Of a stretch of 64,000 nt of DNA, positions 23,901-36,808 are shown in pieces; the first letter of the stretch is position 1, and each line of letters starts with the position of its first letter. Made by a program: the position numbers and the translations under genes. This DNA comes from Macrostomum hystrix (lineage: Eukaryota > Animalia > Platyhelminthes), in NCBI GenBank assembly GCA_950097015.1, contig CATNEN010000038.1, positions 2,232,001-2,296,000 on the forward strand. Direction: 5' to 3'. The notes below the pieces were generated by a model. That model was not told where the DNA came from. It saw only the letters and a program-made list of their open reading frames with translations, and ran no database searches.

Positions 23901-26900
23901 AGTCCGATTCGTTTCGTTTTTGGTAGCGACTAAAAATGTTTCCACAGGTGCACCACGCACCGGCTTGTAGGCCGAAGTACTGGTAGCCTCTCGACCGGCA
24001 GTAGTTCCAGCAGAAGTACTTGTGCGCGTGAGCTCCTGCGTGGTGCATCTCTAGTAGGTCGCGACTGGAGTGGTCCTCAAAGCAGCCGAGACTCCGAATT
24101 CCGGATTCTGGGAGGAAACCAGTGTTAAAACAGACAATTTTTTTTGTCAGCACTAAGCTACTGGTGCATCCCTGATATTGAGAGAATAACTCCTAACTCA
24201 CCCCAATCACTGACGCCAGTCGAGAAGATTTCTGTCCTGCCTGACCCACCGCAGGTCTCCGCAGACGCCGCTGGGCACGGAACCGCGCATTCGCTGTCGT
24301 TGACCCGGTTGTGCCGGCCGAAGCTGTTGCCGCAGGCGCAGAGCTCGCCAGACTGCAGGCCGAAGTAGCGGTAGCCACGCGACTGGCAAAAGTGCCAGCA
24401 TAGCTGGCGTCTGCTTTCGGCACCAGTTGTGCGCGACAGCTGCAGGTCTCTGCCACCAGACGCGTCTCTGAAGCAGCCCAGACGAGTGACGTTGGCGTCT
24501 GAAAGTGTCACGCGCGCCTGGCTTGAGGCTAGCTAGCAGTCATTATTGTGGCTTTTTAAAAGAACAAAGACCTCGATATTTTCCCTTGGGGAAAGACCAC
24601 ACTGGTATTTCGAAAACCTTCAAGTTTCAAGGATAGCTCTCAAACTTAATGACTGATTTTCGTGAAAGTCCGCAATATGGATAAAACATTTCCGCCCTTA
24701 ACGATGAGCTAAATTTCAAAGCCAACCGTGATATTGAGCCATTTTGTGTTGGACCCTGTGGTAACAAGAACAACGAACTTTGCTCGTTCCAACGAGCAAC
24801 GTTGCTCGTTTTGACTTTTTTGGTTCAGAAAAGAAAAAATTGACAGTTTAATCAGTCCAAAATAGTTAATTACGATTAACTATGGTTAGCAGAAAATTAT
24901 TCCTATGATTGTGGTTCTTGCCATTAGACACTCCCACAAGAATCGTTGAATATCTTGACGATCTCGATATTTTGTGATTCTGAAAGTTGTTACATCGGAT
25001 AAATCGGAAAATTTTATCCTGTGTTCTGGATTATCATAGGATATTCTGGGAATAAAAACGTGGGTATTTGAAATACCCCGTGCTGTTTCTACTGTTAAAA
25101 GTATAAAAAGCAGACCCCAGCGGCTGACCCCATCTCTCGATTCCCGTCGTGAAGACCTCGTTCTTCATCGAGCTGCCACAGGTGGTGCCTGAGTCCCCGC
25201 TGCAGGTCATGCCACAGTCGGCATCGCCAGTCTGGCCGTGGCGACCAAATGAGTTGCCGCAGGTGCACCATTGACCACCCTGAAGGCCGAAGTACTTGTA
25301 GCCGTTGGAGTGGCAATGGGTCCAGCAGCTGTACTTGGACATGAGGTGGCCGAGTTTCAGCAGCTCTGGTAGGTCTCTGTCGGTCTTATCAACGAAGCAG
25401 CCCATTCGAATCACGTCGTTTTCTGCAGCGAGGGAATCCAGAGCGGAAAGGGTATATTCTTCAAAATACATTGCTGCAAAAATATAACGAGACACACGCT
25501 CTCGTGAAGCAGACTGCACGGTGGTCTGGTCAGCAGTTGTCTGGGGGCTGAGACCCAGCACCTGCAAGTCTGTCACAAAGCAGTCAGTCAGCGTCACAAT
25601 TCGCCCTTGGCCTCGGCGCTTTCGCACCGACGTCTGGTGCAGGACGTCCGCGGCAGCCCAGCGGCTTTTGGTGGCGCCGGCGCAGGGTGACGCTCAGGTC
25701 TGGAACGCCGGCGTGTGGGCCATGAGGTCTCTGGACGGCAACCTCTCAGGGTAATGCACGCCCAGGGTGTAGCGCAGCAGGGACCTGTAGAGCGTGTCCA
25801 GGGCTCGCTCTCGTGGGTCGATCATGGACACCGCTTCCATGCCGCACAGTAGGATCGGCTCCACGCCCGCGCGGAAGAGGCGCACCTTCAGGCGCCTCAC
25901 CTCGCAGCGGAGTTGTACATAAATTTTATATAAATTTTATACAAGCTACCCGAAACGCACTGTTGTTATGCATTAACATGCAGTGAATATTTCGAATCTA
26001 AAAAAATACCGAATTTACCCCACTCTGGAACGCCCGTGCTGAACACTTCATTCCTCAGGCCGCTGCCGCAGGTTTCATTGCTGCTTCCTGAGCGACGGTG
26101 CCGTCGGTAGTTCTTGCCACAGGTGCAGTATTGTCCTACAGACAAATACGGGTACATCGCATTTGCATCGCAGAGCTGCTGAAATTCAGCCGTTTAAACT
26201 CTTGCCTGCCTCACCTGCCTTTAGGCCGAAATAACTGTAGCCGCGAAGTTTGCAGTAGTGCCAGCACACCTGTCTGGTAGCGGCGGCTCCAGCTCGAATC
26301 ACCAGCGGAAGGTCGTTGATGGCACCGTCTGCGAAGCAGTCCAACCGACTGGCTTCAGGACTGGCTGCAGTAATCAAGAGTTACATGTACATTGAGTATG
26401 AGTATAATAGCAGTGAATTATTGACTTATCCTGACCCAGTCGATCTATGCCAGTCGTGAAGATTTCGTTTCTCCAGGCTCCTCCGCAAGTGCTGCCGGAG
26501 TCGCCGCTGCACGAGTTTCCGCATTCTGAGTCGCGCGCCTGGCCATGCCTGCCGAAACTGTTCCCGCAGGTGCAATATCTTCCAGACTGAAGGCCGAAGA
26601 ACCTGTAGCCATGATAGCGGCAGTGGCTCCAGCATTTGAATTTGGACATCTGGTCTTCCATTAAAACTACAACCGGTAGATCTCGCTCAGGGGCGTCGAC
26701 AAAGCATCCGATTCGATGCACGTCGCCATCTAATTTCCAAAGTAAAATTTCGTTAAATATATTAAATTATAAAATTTTGTAGTCCATACACATGTTTATT
26801 GGATTTTCAAAGCATCAAGAGATAGAAGATGAATATGTTCTTGAATTAAAAGACAAGACCATATCGTGAAACCTCGGGGTCGTACCATAAAGTTTTCGCA

Positions 26901-29900
26901 TGATACGAGCTCGTAAACTTTATGATCATATGATCATAGCTGTTTCCATCACTTTGCATTCCTGGTAATGATTTTAACTTGACAAAATACATGCGTTTTA
27001 CTATATTAGATAATTTTTTAGAATGTACAGTTTGTAGTTGTAGTTTTTCAAATTTTGTTTGTTCCTAGAAAAGCCTATTCTGTTTCCTGAAAACGAATTT
27101 GCTTTTAAATACTCATTTAGCGGGTTGAGTGTGGGAGCTTCAAAGCGTCCGACTTTTGCATCAATGACCTTGAGCTCAAATCTGCGGCGAGGCACATGTA
27201 GGCCGGCCTCAAAGGCACAGTGAGAGTGTAATCTGCCAGACAAGGAAGAAATCAGGGCAGATGTACACACCTGTGTAAGTGTGTACCAGTGCATGTGTGT
27301 CAGGTATCGCTAGGTTCGTACTGTCAGCTGCAGAGTGTTGTAAGAGACTTACTTATTCAGGAAAATCGGTCTTCTCACCAGCTCTCCAATCCAGTCCGGT
27401 GGTAAAAACTTCGTTTCTCAGCGACGCGCCGCATGTTTTCCCAGCCTCGCCCGTGCACGGCATGGAGCAGCTGCTGTCGCTGGCTCTATGGTATTTTCCA
27501 TAGGAGCCTCCGCAGGTGCAGTATTGTCCCGCCTGCAGGCCGAAATACTTGTAGCCCTTGGACTTGCAGTAGTGCCAGCAGTACTGCCGCGAAGCTGATT
27601 GTTCCGCATTGTGGACCAGCGGAAGGTCGCGTTCTGCGTTGTCGACGAAGCAGCCGAGGCGAGTGCTCTTCGTTTTATCTGCATCGGACGCAGTGAGAAA
27701 TTTTTAAACTATATTTCCTGCGAAATTATCCAGAAGTCTAGAAAAATGAATGACTGGGTGAACAAAAATATTATGTCATTGACTCGATTTAATACCAAGC
27801 AGGCAATGTCTGAACAAGAACTACTAACCCACCTGTAACAAATGTACAGCTAATTTTCGTTTTACGAGTAATTTTGGTGGCCATTATGCCGCTGCATGGG
27901 ATTTTTATGCTCTGCTCACGGACACAGCTTTCCCACCGTACCTTTCGGTCAGAAGCCGGTCGAAAGTGTCACTATCTATACAGTAAGTGAGTATGCTTTT
28001 GCCGATCTGGGCAAGACACAAACAGCAGGCCATTTACCCCAAGTCTCGACGCCAGTTGAGAAAATCTCATTTTTCATGGATGCACCGCAAGTTTGGCTGC
28101 TATTTCCCGAGCACCTTCGGCTGCATTGCCAATCAGCGAGCTGATCGTAGCGACCATACGAGTTGCCGCAGGTACAATAGGCCCTGTCTTGGAGACCGAA
28201 GTACTTGTAGCCCTTCGATGCGCAGTGGTTCCAGCAGTAGAGCCTGCTTGTGTTCGAACCACCGTTGTGTACCTCGGGCAGGTCGCGAGGCAATGCGTCA
28301 TTGAAGCAGCCGATGCGATGAAAATTGTCTGAGAGGAAACGAATCGAGCAACTTTCTCAAACACAAGCACGAACATGGATGGCTAGGAATGCATTGTTAC
28401 CGTTTAATAATAATTATTACTATAACTACAGGAGGGCTGTGGGCAATGGTACATTATTTAGTAACACTAGACCCGCAGCCAGCGAGGTGATTCTGCCCAT
28501 TCCGCAGACTTGTGAGTAAACACGCACACAGATACCGTAATCAGGCATACGCTCACACAGCCTGTGTGTACATCTGACCTGACTTTCTCATCGTCAGGCC
28601 CTGCACACTTTCACTGTGCCTTGGAGGTTGGCCCTGCCGGGTGTAAATTGGACGAAAAGCTCCCAATCCTTCTCTCCGCGGCTGCGCCCCAATTTAACAT
28701 GGCCTCGCCGCGGAATCGAGCCCAGGACCTCGGTGTGAGAGGCAAACGCGTTAGCTCCAAATTGTTTCCGGTAGGATCAAGCCAAGTTGAATAACGAAAG
28801 CCAAAAGGAATATCCTCGGCAGTTGTGAGACTACTGATTCAGACTACTGACAACAGTAGAAAAGCAAAGACTTGGCTGCAAAACTCTCCCAAAACACTAA
28901 AAAAGTATCGCCATAAAAATGGCAAACTTAAAAGAGACTTCTGTGCACACTAAGAGTGGTGGGAGAGGACGGCGTGTGGCTATGGCTGACTGACGAAGGC
29001 AAACAAGCCAGAATCCGGTCTCGGTCTGCCAGCGCGAGGTTCGTTCCCCACTTTTAGTGTGTTACAGCAGTTACGCTCAACTGTACCTGAATGTTCGAGT
29101 CCGGTTGAGAACACTTCATTTTTCATCGAACTACCGCAGGTTTGTCCGTTGCCAGAGCACCGAAAACTGCATTCAGAATCAGCAGCTCGACCATATTTGC
29201 CATAGGAGTTGCCGCAGGTGCACCACGCATTGCCCTGAATACCAAAGAACAGGAAGCCCTTCAGTCTACAGTAGTTCCAGCAGTACAGCCTGTTTGTGTC
29301 TTTGTCGCCATTGTGAAGGGTTGGCAGATCTCTAGTAGGCGCGTCATTGAAGCAGCCGATGCGTCTAAAAATGTCTAAGAAAAATGATGGATGGCTTGGT
29401 GAAATTACTTTTTGGTTAATCACTGACTATGTAGCTTTGCTTTTATTCTCTTTTTGACAAGTGTAAACTATCGAATGGTTGGAGAGTAACACGTACGTTT
29501 GCCTTTAACACCAAGGTCCCTGAGCTCGAATCCTCGGCTCACATTCATTTGGGGCCTGGGGGGTTTTCGTGAAATTCACGTCCTTGGGGGCCAACCAGCT
29601 CACTGCCAACACACAGTGAAGTGTGCACTGCCTGACGATGAGAAAGTCGGGGCAGATGTACAGACATGTCTGAGCGTGTGCCTTTGTCCGGTATCTGTGT
29701 GTGTGCTTAGGAGTCAGCGAAATGGCTGGCTGCAGGTATATTGTCACCGAATGATGTACCATTGCCTGCAGCCTTCCTGTAATTATTACTATTATTATCA
29801 TTTATATGAAATGACTGAACATATTGAAAGACGCGCTACTTTCATACACTATGAATGTCCATAATTGCAGAGTACACTGGGCACTGCTGCATAATTTGAT

Positions 29901-30010
29901 GACAGTATCCGATTCGTACCTGGAGCAGAACCGTTGGTTGAAAGGTCGGCAGCAGAAACGAATGCCACAGTCAGAACTGCGGTAACACAGATTAGCAGCT
30001 CCTGCATCAT
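20988..30010 (-). CDS. Secreted protein of signal peptide + 12 tandem WSC domains (~1,200 aa, 14 exons)
   Basis: Signal exon 30010-29920 (MMQELLICVTAVLTVAFVSAA). WSC exons 29374-29087, 28328-28038, 27678-27379, 26729-26436, 26364-26215+26135-26019, 25422-25129, 24498-24202, 24107-23814, 23265-22951, 22869-22570, 22478-22185, 21280-20988. Each has GCF.D...RDL...C...C...GY.YFGLQ.G..C.CG...C...C.G...CG (domain 5 lacks two Cys). All introns are phase 1 GT-AG. Confidence 0.92.
21321..22194. repeat. 50-bp near-perfect minisatellite, ~17.5 copies, filling the last WSC intron
   Basis: Unit gaaagacaactcactccagctgtccatgtacagggggtgcatctagctgt. Confidence 0.98.
23306..23625 (+). mobile_element. Family A SINE
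   Basis: Homologous to 19011-19379. Confidence 0.85.
25520..25915 (-). mobile_element. Non-LTR retrotransposon (RTE-like) 3' fragment, post-RT region
   Basis: KVRLFRAGVEPILLCGME...LDTLYRSLLRYTLGV and RKRRGQGR resemble LINE ORF2 C-termini. Confidence 0.7.
27160..27310 (+). mobile_element. Family A SINE, degenerate fragment
   Basis: gcggcgaggcacat...aaggcacagtga...cagggcagatgtacacacctgtgt. Confidence 0.7.
28405..28755 (-). mobile_element. Family A SINE
   Basis: Reverse-complement homologue of 19011-19379. Confidence 0.87.
29478..29800 (+). mobile_element. Family A SINE
   Basis: Homologous body and (ATT)n tail. Confidence 0.83.
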
Positions 30011-30658
30011 CCTCTTCTGGATGCCAAAGCTATGCTGCAAATTCACTCAGGTTATTGTGCTAGATTCAGAACCGCTTTTCAAATCGTGTTTGCTATTAGG
30101 TTTGGCACATATTTATACTGTCCTGCTTAACTTACAGTCTTGCTTTCGGCTTGAAGGGTAGATGTTTACGCTGCTAGAACATCCAACATGTTTCCGTGGT
30201 GTTTCAGATTCGAAAAATGGTCCACAGGAGTGAACTGAATATGTACGAGCGTGTGCCTCGTACATCTCTGCACAGCCTTGGAGATTAGATTGCAAGAAAT
30301 AATTTGTCAAGATTTTCTGCATTAAATTCTAATAGAATGGGCAAAGCAGCAAATGCTGCAAAGTTAAAGTAAATATCGTTAATGCGCAGCTGGTTTCTTG
30401 GAAATGTTCGTTTACAATTGACCTTTTTAAGTTTAGCTTGTCCATAACATGGCTAAACACAGTTGCCAAGAAAGTATGAAAGTAATTGAGGACTGATGGC
30501 CTGTTCTGCAGGCAATGAGACATCTGAAGCTTTGTCTATGGGAAAGTGCTGTTGGTTTTGCCCACAGCTCCAGACGGTAATTTAAATAAATAAATATTTC
30601 CCCCCTCATAATAGACCTTTGGAAATAGAATCTCAAATGACACTAGTTTTAATACCCT

Positions 30659-32180
30659 ATGGAAGATGAAGAGGATACATCGATCTCCAGTGACACGTCT
30701 GATTCAGGGACCGAGTCTGAGAGTGAGTCAGTGAGCGATGTTGGAGGTGGGTGGCAACGTGTAATTCCGGGAGCTGATGAGGTTCCAGATCCTGGTATTG
30801 AATTCATGGGCACATCTGGAATCCATCCAGATTTGACGGCACCAGCAGCTGATACGGATGACAACGTTGATTAGTTTGTCAATCATCTAATAAACAAACT
30901 ATGCGAATGGACAAACAACAGAGTTTGGTTCGAATTCGAAAGCATTCAGGCTGAAGGAGAGACGGTACCCACCATCCTAAAGAGTTGAAAGAATTGTACA
31001 CCAAGTGAGGTTAGAAAGTTTCTGGCGACGAATATTTTTATGGGACTGAACCGGAAGCCTGAACTTCGTTTAGACTGGTCTACCGACCCGTTCGATCAAT
31101 GCCCGTTCATGCAGCAGCCTACAAGTCTGTCTCGAGATCGATACAAGCAGATACTGCATTTTTCCGCTTCTACGACTGTACCGAGGACGTTGGCCAGAAC
31201 GACCCTCTTCGAAAAATAAAACCTTTTTGGATATTTTGCAGAAGCTGATAATGAACAACTACGCCGTACTTGCCAGAACAGCACATCTGCATTGACGAGT
31301 CACTTGTAATGTACAAGGGACGCCTGCTTTTCCGTCAGTACATCCCCAGCAAGCGCAACCGATTTGGAATTAAGATGTACTGCCTTAATCAGCGAAAGAA
31401 TTTCTGTCGCCTGTTCGGATTATCATCTGTTTACCGACAGTTGGTTTCTTCAACTCGCGGCAAGCCGAGTTCTTGCTGTCAAAGTCCACCTTCTTGACAG
31501 GCACAGTTCGTTAGGACCGCGGGATCTCGGATTGTCGTAGGCAAGTGACGCTTCCAGCAAACTCCTGCGCGTTTGCTAGATAAGGCGGGCTTCTTGCCAT
31601 GAAGTTTGTTGACCGAAAGCAGCGTGGTACGAAGACAATTAGTCTTATCGACACCAGGAGCGCTGCTAACAGCACTGAAGTCACAAGGATCAGGCGCGGT
31701 GGCGAGCAGGAGGTGGTCACGAAACCCACGGCTGCTGTTGTGTACTCAAAAAGCATGGGCGGAGTGGATAGGCTTGATGGTTCGCTCCAGCCGTATTTGG
31801 CCTGCAAAAAGACCTACCGATGGTTCCATCGGCTCGGTTTCCACTTCAGTGCGTACATACAAGGAAGATGTGCGCCATCCTCCGAACTTCCGTGCGCCAT
31901 CTGATGACCAGCTAGGGTCGCGGAAGAAAGCGAGCTGCTGCTGTGAAACCACAGCCAAGCAACGGGCATTTTTCTCAACGCCTAGCAGCGACTGGAAATC
32001 AGGACAGACTGTCCTGACTGGTCTGCTGGCAAAATGTCAAAGAGATGTCGGGTTTGCTGGCAAAATGGCAACCGCAAAAAGACCGCTTTGGCTGCGCTGG
32101 CTGCCCAGGATCGCCAGGACTGTGTATTGGCAATTGCTTCCGTGAATGGCACACCGAAAACTAAAACCATGCTTTGACTG
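30659..32180 (+). mobile_element. Degenerate piggyBac transposase (PGBD4-like), with stops, frameshifts and deletion
   Basis: Acidic N-terminus; CIDESLVMYKGRLLFRQYIPSKRNRFGIKMYCL; KPTAAVVYSKSMGGVDRLD; Cys-rich C-terminus. TIRs not confidently found. Confidence 0.9.
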
Positions 32181-32984
32181 TATCCTAAAATCTATCCAAT
32201 GATTACATTAAATTATTAATTAGTAGCTTCTCGTCTACCTGCTACAAATTCAGTACGATTTTGATTTTGTTATGCTATTAATTCTGTTGTTCAAATGTTT
32301 TACCGTTTTGTATTTGACGTATTATGTAAAGTTTATCCCAACTTAGTTTAAGAAGCATCCAATTGGTTTATGACCTGCTATGCGGGCCAGCCGACCCGTT
32401 GAAGTTTTAAAAGACTGCTGTGCAAGTCGTGCAGGCTGTGCAAACGGTAAATTATACACAAGAAATATTCTGGATTCCACTTGCAGTAATGGCATCAGCC
32501 AGCAGTTCAAGTGTTTAAGCGATAGCTTATGTGCCGAGTCAGTTTAGAGAGTCATAAAATTTTAGTATTTAATCACAAATCGAATACATTTTCTTTATTT
32601 TTTGTGATCCAGCTTATCTAATGCGGAGTTGAGTTACCAATGCTTTCGAAAACTATGAAGAGAGTTAAAATTGACAATTAGATTTTTGTTCACAATGCTT
32701 TTCCAGCGTGTAGCTGTGTTTTCATGGTATTATAAAATTCGATATCTAGCCCGGATATAAGGAATCGACAGGTTTGTTCCCTGCCAATTTCCGTTATGGC
32801 AAACTGCAAACACCTGGCAGCAGCAGCAGCAGCAGCAGCAATAGATGTTAGACAGTTTAATAAAAAAGCGATTCCACACGCCTAGATATCAGAAAATTTT
32901 CCCAAAAGCGTACCCGTGCAAGTACAAGTTTCAAGCTACGGTGAGTTTTTGCTCCCACTGGGGTGTTGGGTCAAACTACCTATT

Positions 32985-33418
32985 TGTTATCCCGTGCGGG
33001 AGGCAGTCGTGCATCCCCATGCAGTGTCGCATCCCTCACCCATGGCGTCCACGCGCCACTGCAGCCTCCACTCCAACAGGCTCTCGGGTTTCCTAATGTC
33101 TGGTTGCTATGGCGACGACCAGGCCGCGACACGGCGAGTCCCTCCTTACTCTTTGCCCGCCGCCTCCGCTCTTGTCTCTGTTTCTCTCCCGTCTCCTCTC
33201 TCCCCTCAATGCCCTAATCTTTCCAGAGTATTTTAAGCTGCTCGCCTGAGTATGAGTCCTTTTTAATAAACAAAACTTGAGATTTTTACTACCAGCTTCC
33301 CAGAGTGCTCAGCGCTTAATTAATTCTGATAGGAGTTTGAGCTGCAATCGGAACTGAACCAATCGGTAAGTGACTAAAGTGGTTGAAGAGTGACGCAAGC
33401 CTGTGGACTGTAGTCGCG
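32985..33418 (+). mobile_element. Probable solo LTR (434 bp)
   Basis: Starts TGTTAT; 5-bp TSD CTATT (32980-84 and 33419-23); internal TATTTTAA and AATAAA. The 3' end is GCG rather than CA. Confidence 0.5.
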
Positions 33419-33599
33419 CTATTGACGCCCTTTACGTCTGGCCCACTCACAGTGCACCTTGATGGCATGGGAGTGTAAACTGCATGAAAATAAAAAATTT
33501 GTGCATGTGTGCTCATGGGTCAGTGTGGATGAGATACTTCTCATCTTCGCTGATTATCGAACTCAAACGGAGGCCCTCGAATTCCAGCACCAATAAGGC

Positions 33600-36500
33600 A
33601 TGCAGGGTTTCAACAACGCAGCGATGTGGCACCCGCCAGCTGCGCCTTCGCAGGAGCCGCCAACCAGCCGGCTGCGATCGGCCCGCCCGCAGCGCTGCCA
33701 CCCCGGCCTCTTGACCTGGCGCCGGGCGCAGACGCCATTCTGCGCCGACGATCGGGCGCTGAAGGCCTACAGGCACAGCCAGAACCCGCGCAAGCCGGCG
33801 CCCCCGCCGACGCCAGCTCCGCCACCGCTGCGCCGGCCGGGCACGGCTGCGCCGATGATGGAACAGCGACGACAGGCGAGTGCAGTGGTCAAGGGGTTTG
33901 TAGTAGCAGATGCTTGAAGCCTACTTGAGGGAATATTGAGGAATTTATCTCCGTATTCCCCCTGGATACGTGCCACCGGGCTAGCGACTGTGATTCAAAT
34001 TTAAATTCACGCCATGTAGCTGTCAGTAAAACAAAGCAGTGAATTAGTATCGATCAATAGGCCTTTTAGTTTTATAGAAAAACACTGAAAATATTGCTTT
34101 GCCTTCTCATTGTTTCATAATTCCTGTTGCTGCCTAGATTCATCGAAGGGGTGAAGACAGATGTCCTAAAACATTTCTTCCACCGAAAGCAATTATTGCT
34201 ATAACTATTAGAGCCACTGCAAAGCTATTTCTAACTAGACTATTTCCAAACTTGGAATGCAATACTTTTTCACACCCATGTGTACTACTAATGACTGACT
34301 GCCGTCTGTGATGGCTGAGTTTACCTGTTAGCACTCGCGAGATTTTTTACCAGAATTGCAGACCCATATCCTTCTAGGTAGGCCATAACAATAGATGTAC
34401 AATATAGATTAACTCTCACTGCTAGACATGGACTCTCACTGTTAGAAATGGACTCTCATTGTTAGACATGGACTCTCATTTTTTAACGTGGACTCTCATT
34501 GTTTAACGTGGACTCTCATTGTTAAACATGGACTCTCATTGTTAGACATGGACTCTCATTGTTAGACATGGACTCTCATTGTTAGACATGGACTCTCATT
34601 GTTAAACTGGACTCTCATTGTTAAACGTGGATTCTCATTGTTAAACGTGGACTCTTATTGTTAAATGTGGACTCTCATTGTTAAATGTGGACTCTCCCTG
34701 TTAGACCTGGGCACTCACTGTTAGACTTGGACTCATACTGTTAGACTTGGACTCTCACTGCTAGACATGGACTCTCCCTGTTAGACCTGGGCACTCACTA
34801 TTAGACTTGGACTCATACTGCTAGACATGGACTCTCACTGTTAGACGTGAACTCTCACTATTTGACAAAGACTTTAACTGTTGGACAAAGACTGCCTTTT
34901 TAATTTCACTTTCGTTGGGGTTGAAAAACGAAAATTTTTATTTTGTACTCATTCGATTTTTAGAAAAAATTGGGTTTTTTATTTTTGTTTCTACTTAAAG
35001 TAGAACACGCTTACAAAAATATTTTAGTTCCACGGCAGTTACCTCGGTGGAGGAGTGCTTGATACCGACATTATCAACTGGGTTCAGAGCGCGTCTGTGA
35101 ATGGTATTCAAAATATCAATCCATTTATTTTGCGTAGTTCATAATTAGGTGTTGGTAAAATTAGTGTTAAAATTATGTTTTATCTTCAGAGAAGCAGCTG
35201 GCCTACAAGTTGATGCGCTGCCTTGCGTTGGCTTCAACCGACGACGCAACGGAGCCCGCAGGCGATGAAACAAGCTTGCCGAGTTTTCAGCAGTACCAGA
35301 TGCAGCAGCAGCAGCCGCCGCCGCAGATCCTTAGCATCGATCGGCAGCTGGGAACGCAGCCCCTGGCCCGGCCTTACACGCCATTCAGGGACAGTCGCTT
35401 TGCCAATCTGAAGCGGCAGTCAAAGCCGATAAATTGCTTAAATGCCAACTGGTTGAGTCGGCAGACTCAGGCTGCTGAGGAGAGCAGGTGAGCAGAGTCT
35501 GAGCAGGCAAAATACACGAACTTGACTTATCTGTGTACAACCAGATTTTCATATATAGCTGCCCCTATAAACACAATGGATTACTTGCTGGCAAACAAAT
35601 TATTAGCTCATGACTGCATGCAGTCTACATGCATGCCGCATACACAACAGTCTGCAGTGGGGCAGATTAAAAAATGACTTAGATAAACACGAGACCAAGA
35701 TTGACAGGAGTCAGATTTCTTATAAAATATTGCACGGGGCCTAGCAAACCAGTTTGCCTGGAAGGCTTGAGTGCAAATCACATGACCAAATGAGTGACCA
35801 GGCGATGATCAGCCGGGAGTTCCGTCAGCTCGTCAACAGTCCGGCTACGCAGAGCACGGCCTACATTAGGCGAGCTTCAAGGCGGGAGTGAGTCGGTCAT
35901 GCAGGTTGTGTCAGTGAAGCGTCTAAATATAGCAGAGAAACGGTCATTGGGAACTGGCATATAGAAACTGTCATTTCGAACCAGTCATTGAGAAGCAGTA
36001 ATAAAACTTTCAATTGAGAAACCCACTTATTCCGTTGCCACCAGAACGGACCCGCAGGCTCTGTTCGGCACAATGGGCGACCGTGAATTTCGCAGGGCTA
36101 AACAAGAGCAGCTGGCCAGAGCGGCTGCTGCCAAAGGAGACTTTGCCTACCCGGGCGCTGGCTTTCTGGTAAATCGAATCATCAGTGTTCTAGCAGTGAT
36201 ATTTAGGATGGACAGCTGACGCCAGCATCTGGGAAGCTGAGGTGTCAAGAATGAGGATCTGGGAAGCTAAGGTGTCAAGAATGAGGATCTGGGATGCTGA
36301 GGTGTCAAGAATGAGGATCTGGGAAGCTGAGGTGTCAAGAATGAGGATCTGGGAAGCTAAGGTGTCAAGAATGAGGATCTGGGAAGCTGAGGTGTCAAGA
36401 ATGCGAATGCGGGATAGTGAGGTGTCAGGAATGAGGATCTGATATCCAGTAAGGATTTTTTTCTGAAAATAAATATTCAAATAGGAGTACGAGGGTAACA

Positions 36501-36647
36501 GATAAATTTATCAAACCACAAAGCACTGAGCAATGTCTCCTGTGAACTCAGAACGCCCGACCGACTCAACGCTCAACCTTCAGCGTGCACCCGGAGTGGG
36601 TCTCTGAGAAGTACGCGCGGCTGAACACCCAGCAGGACGGCAGGTGA
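33600..36647 (+). CDS. Uncharacterised protein, ~6 exons, C-terminal FSVHPEWVSE motif
   Basis: Exons ~33600-33875, 35028-35103, 35190-35487, ~35753-35869, 36045-36168 and 36552-36647 splice in frame; AATAAA at ~36707. Exon 4 boundaries are uncertain. Confidence 0.6.
34415..34895. repeat. 20-bp intronic minisatellite (GTTAGACATGGACTCTCATT)n
   Basis: About 23 units. Confidence 0.95.
36225..36441. repeat. 30-bp intronic tandem repeat, ~7 copies
   Basis: gggaagctgaggtgtcaagaatgaggatct. Confidence 0.95.
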
Positions 36648-36808
36648 AGTTTTCAACTGAATCGAACCCGACGACAAGAAACTGCCAGCATGGTGGAATC
36701 CGATTCAATAAACTGCTGAGACACTTAATTGCGAAATGGAAATCCTTTCAATTCTCTGTCTGCATGCTGTCTTGACTGCAGATTTTTTACTATAACCTCA
36801 GCTCAACC

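Noticed and set aside
17370-25030. Shared short motif (ttgaatatctYgacgRtct at ~17512 and ~24946) suggesting MITE fragments
   Set aside because: No TIR or TSD could be delimited, so not called as features.
30659-32180. Domesticated PGBD gene
   Set aside because: Multiple in-frame stops, frameshifts and a missing central catalytic region.
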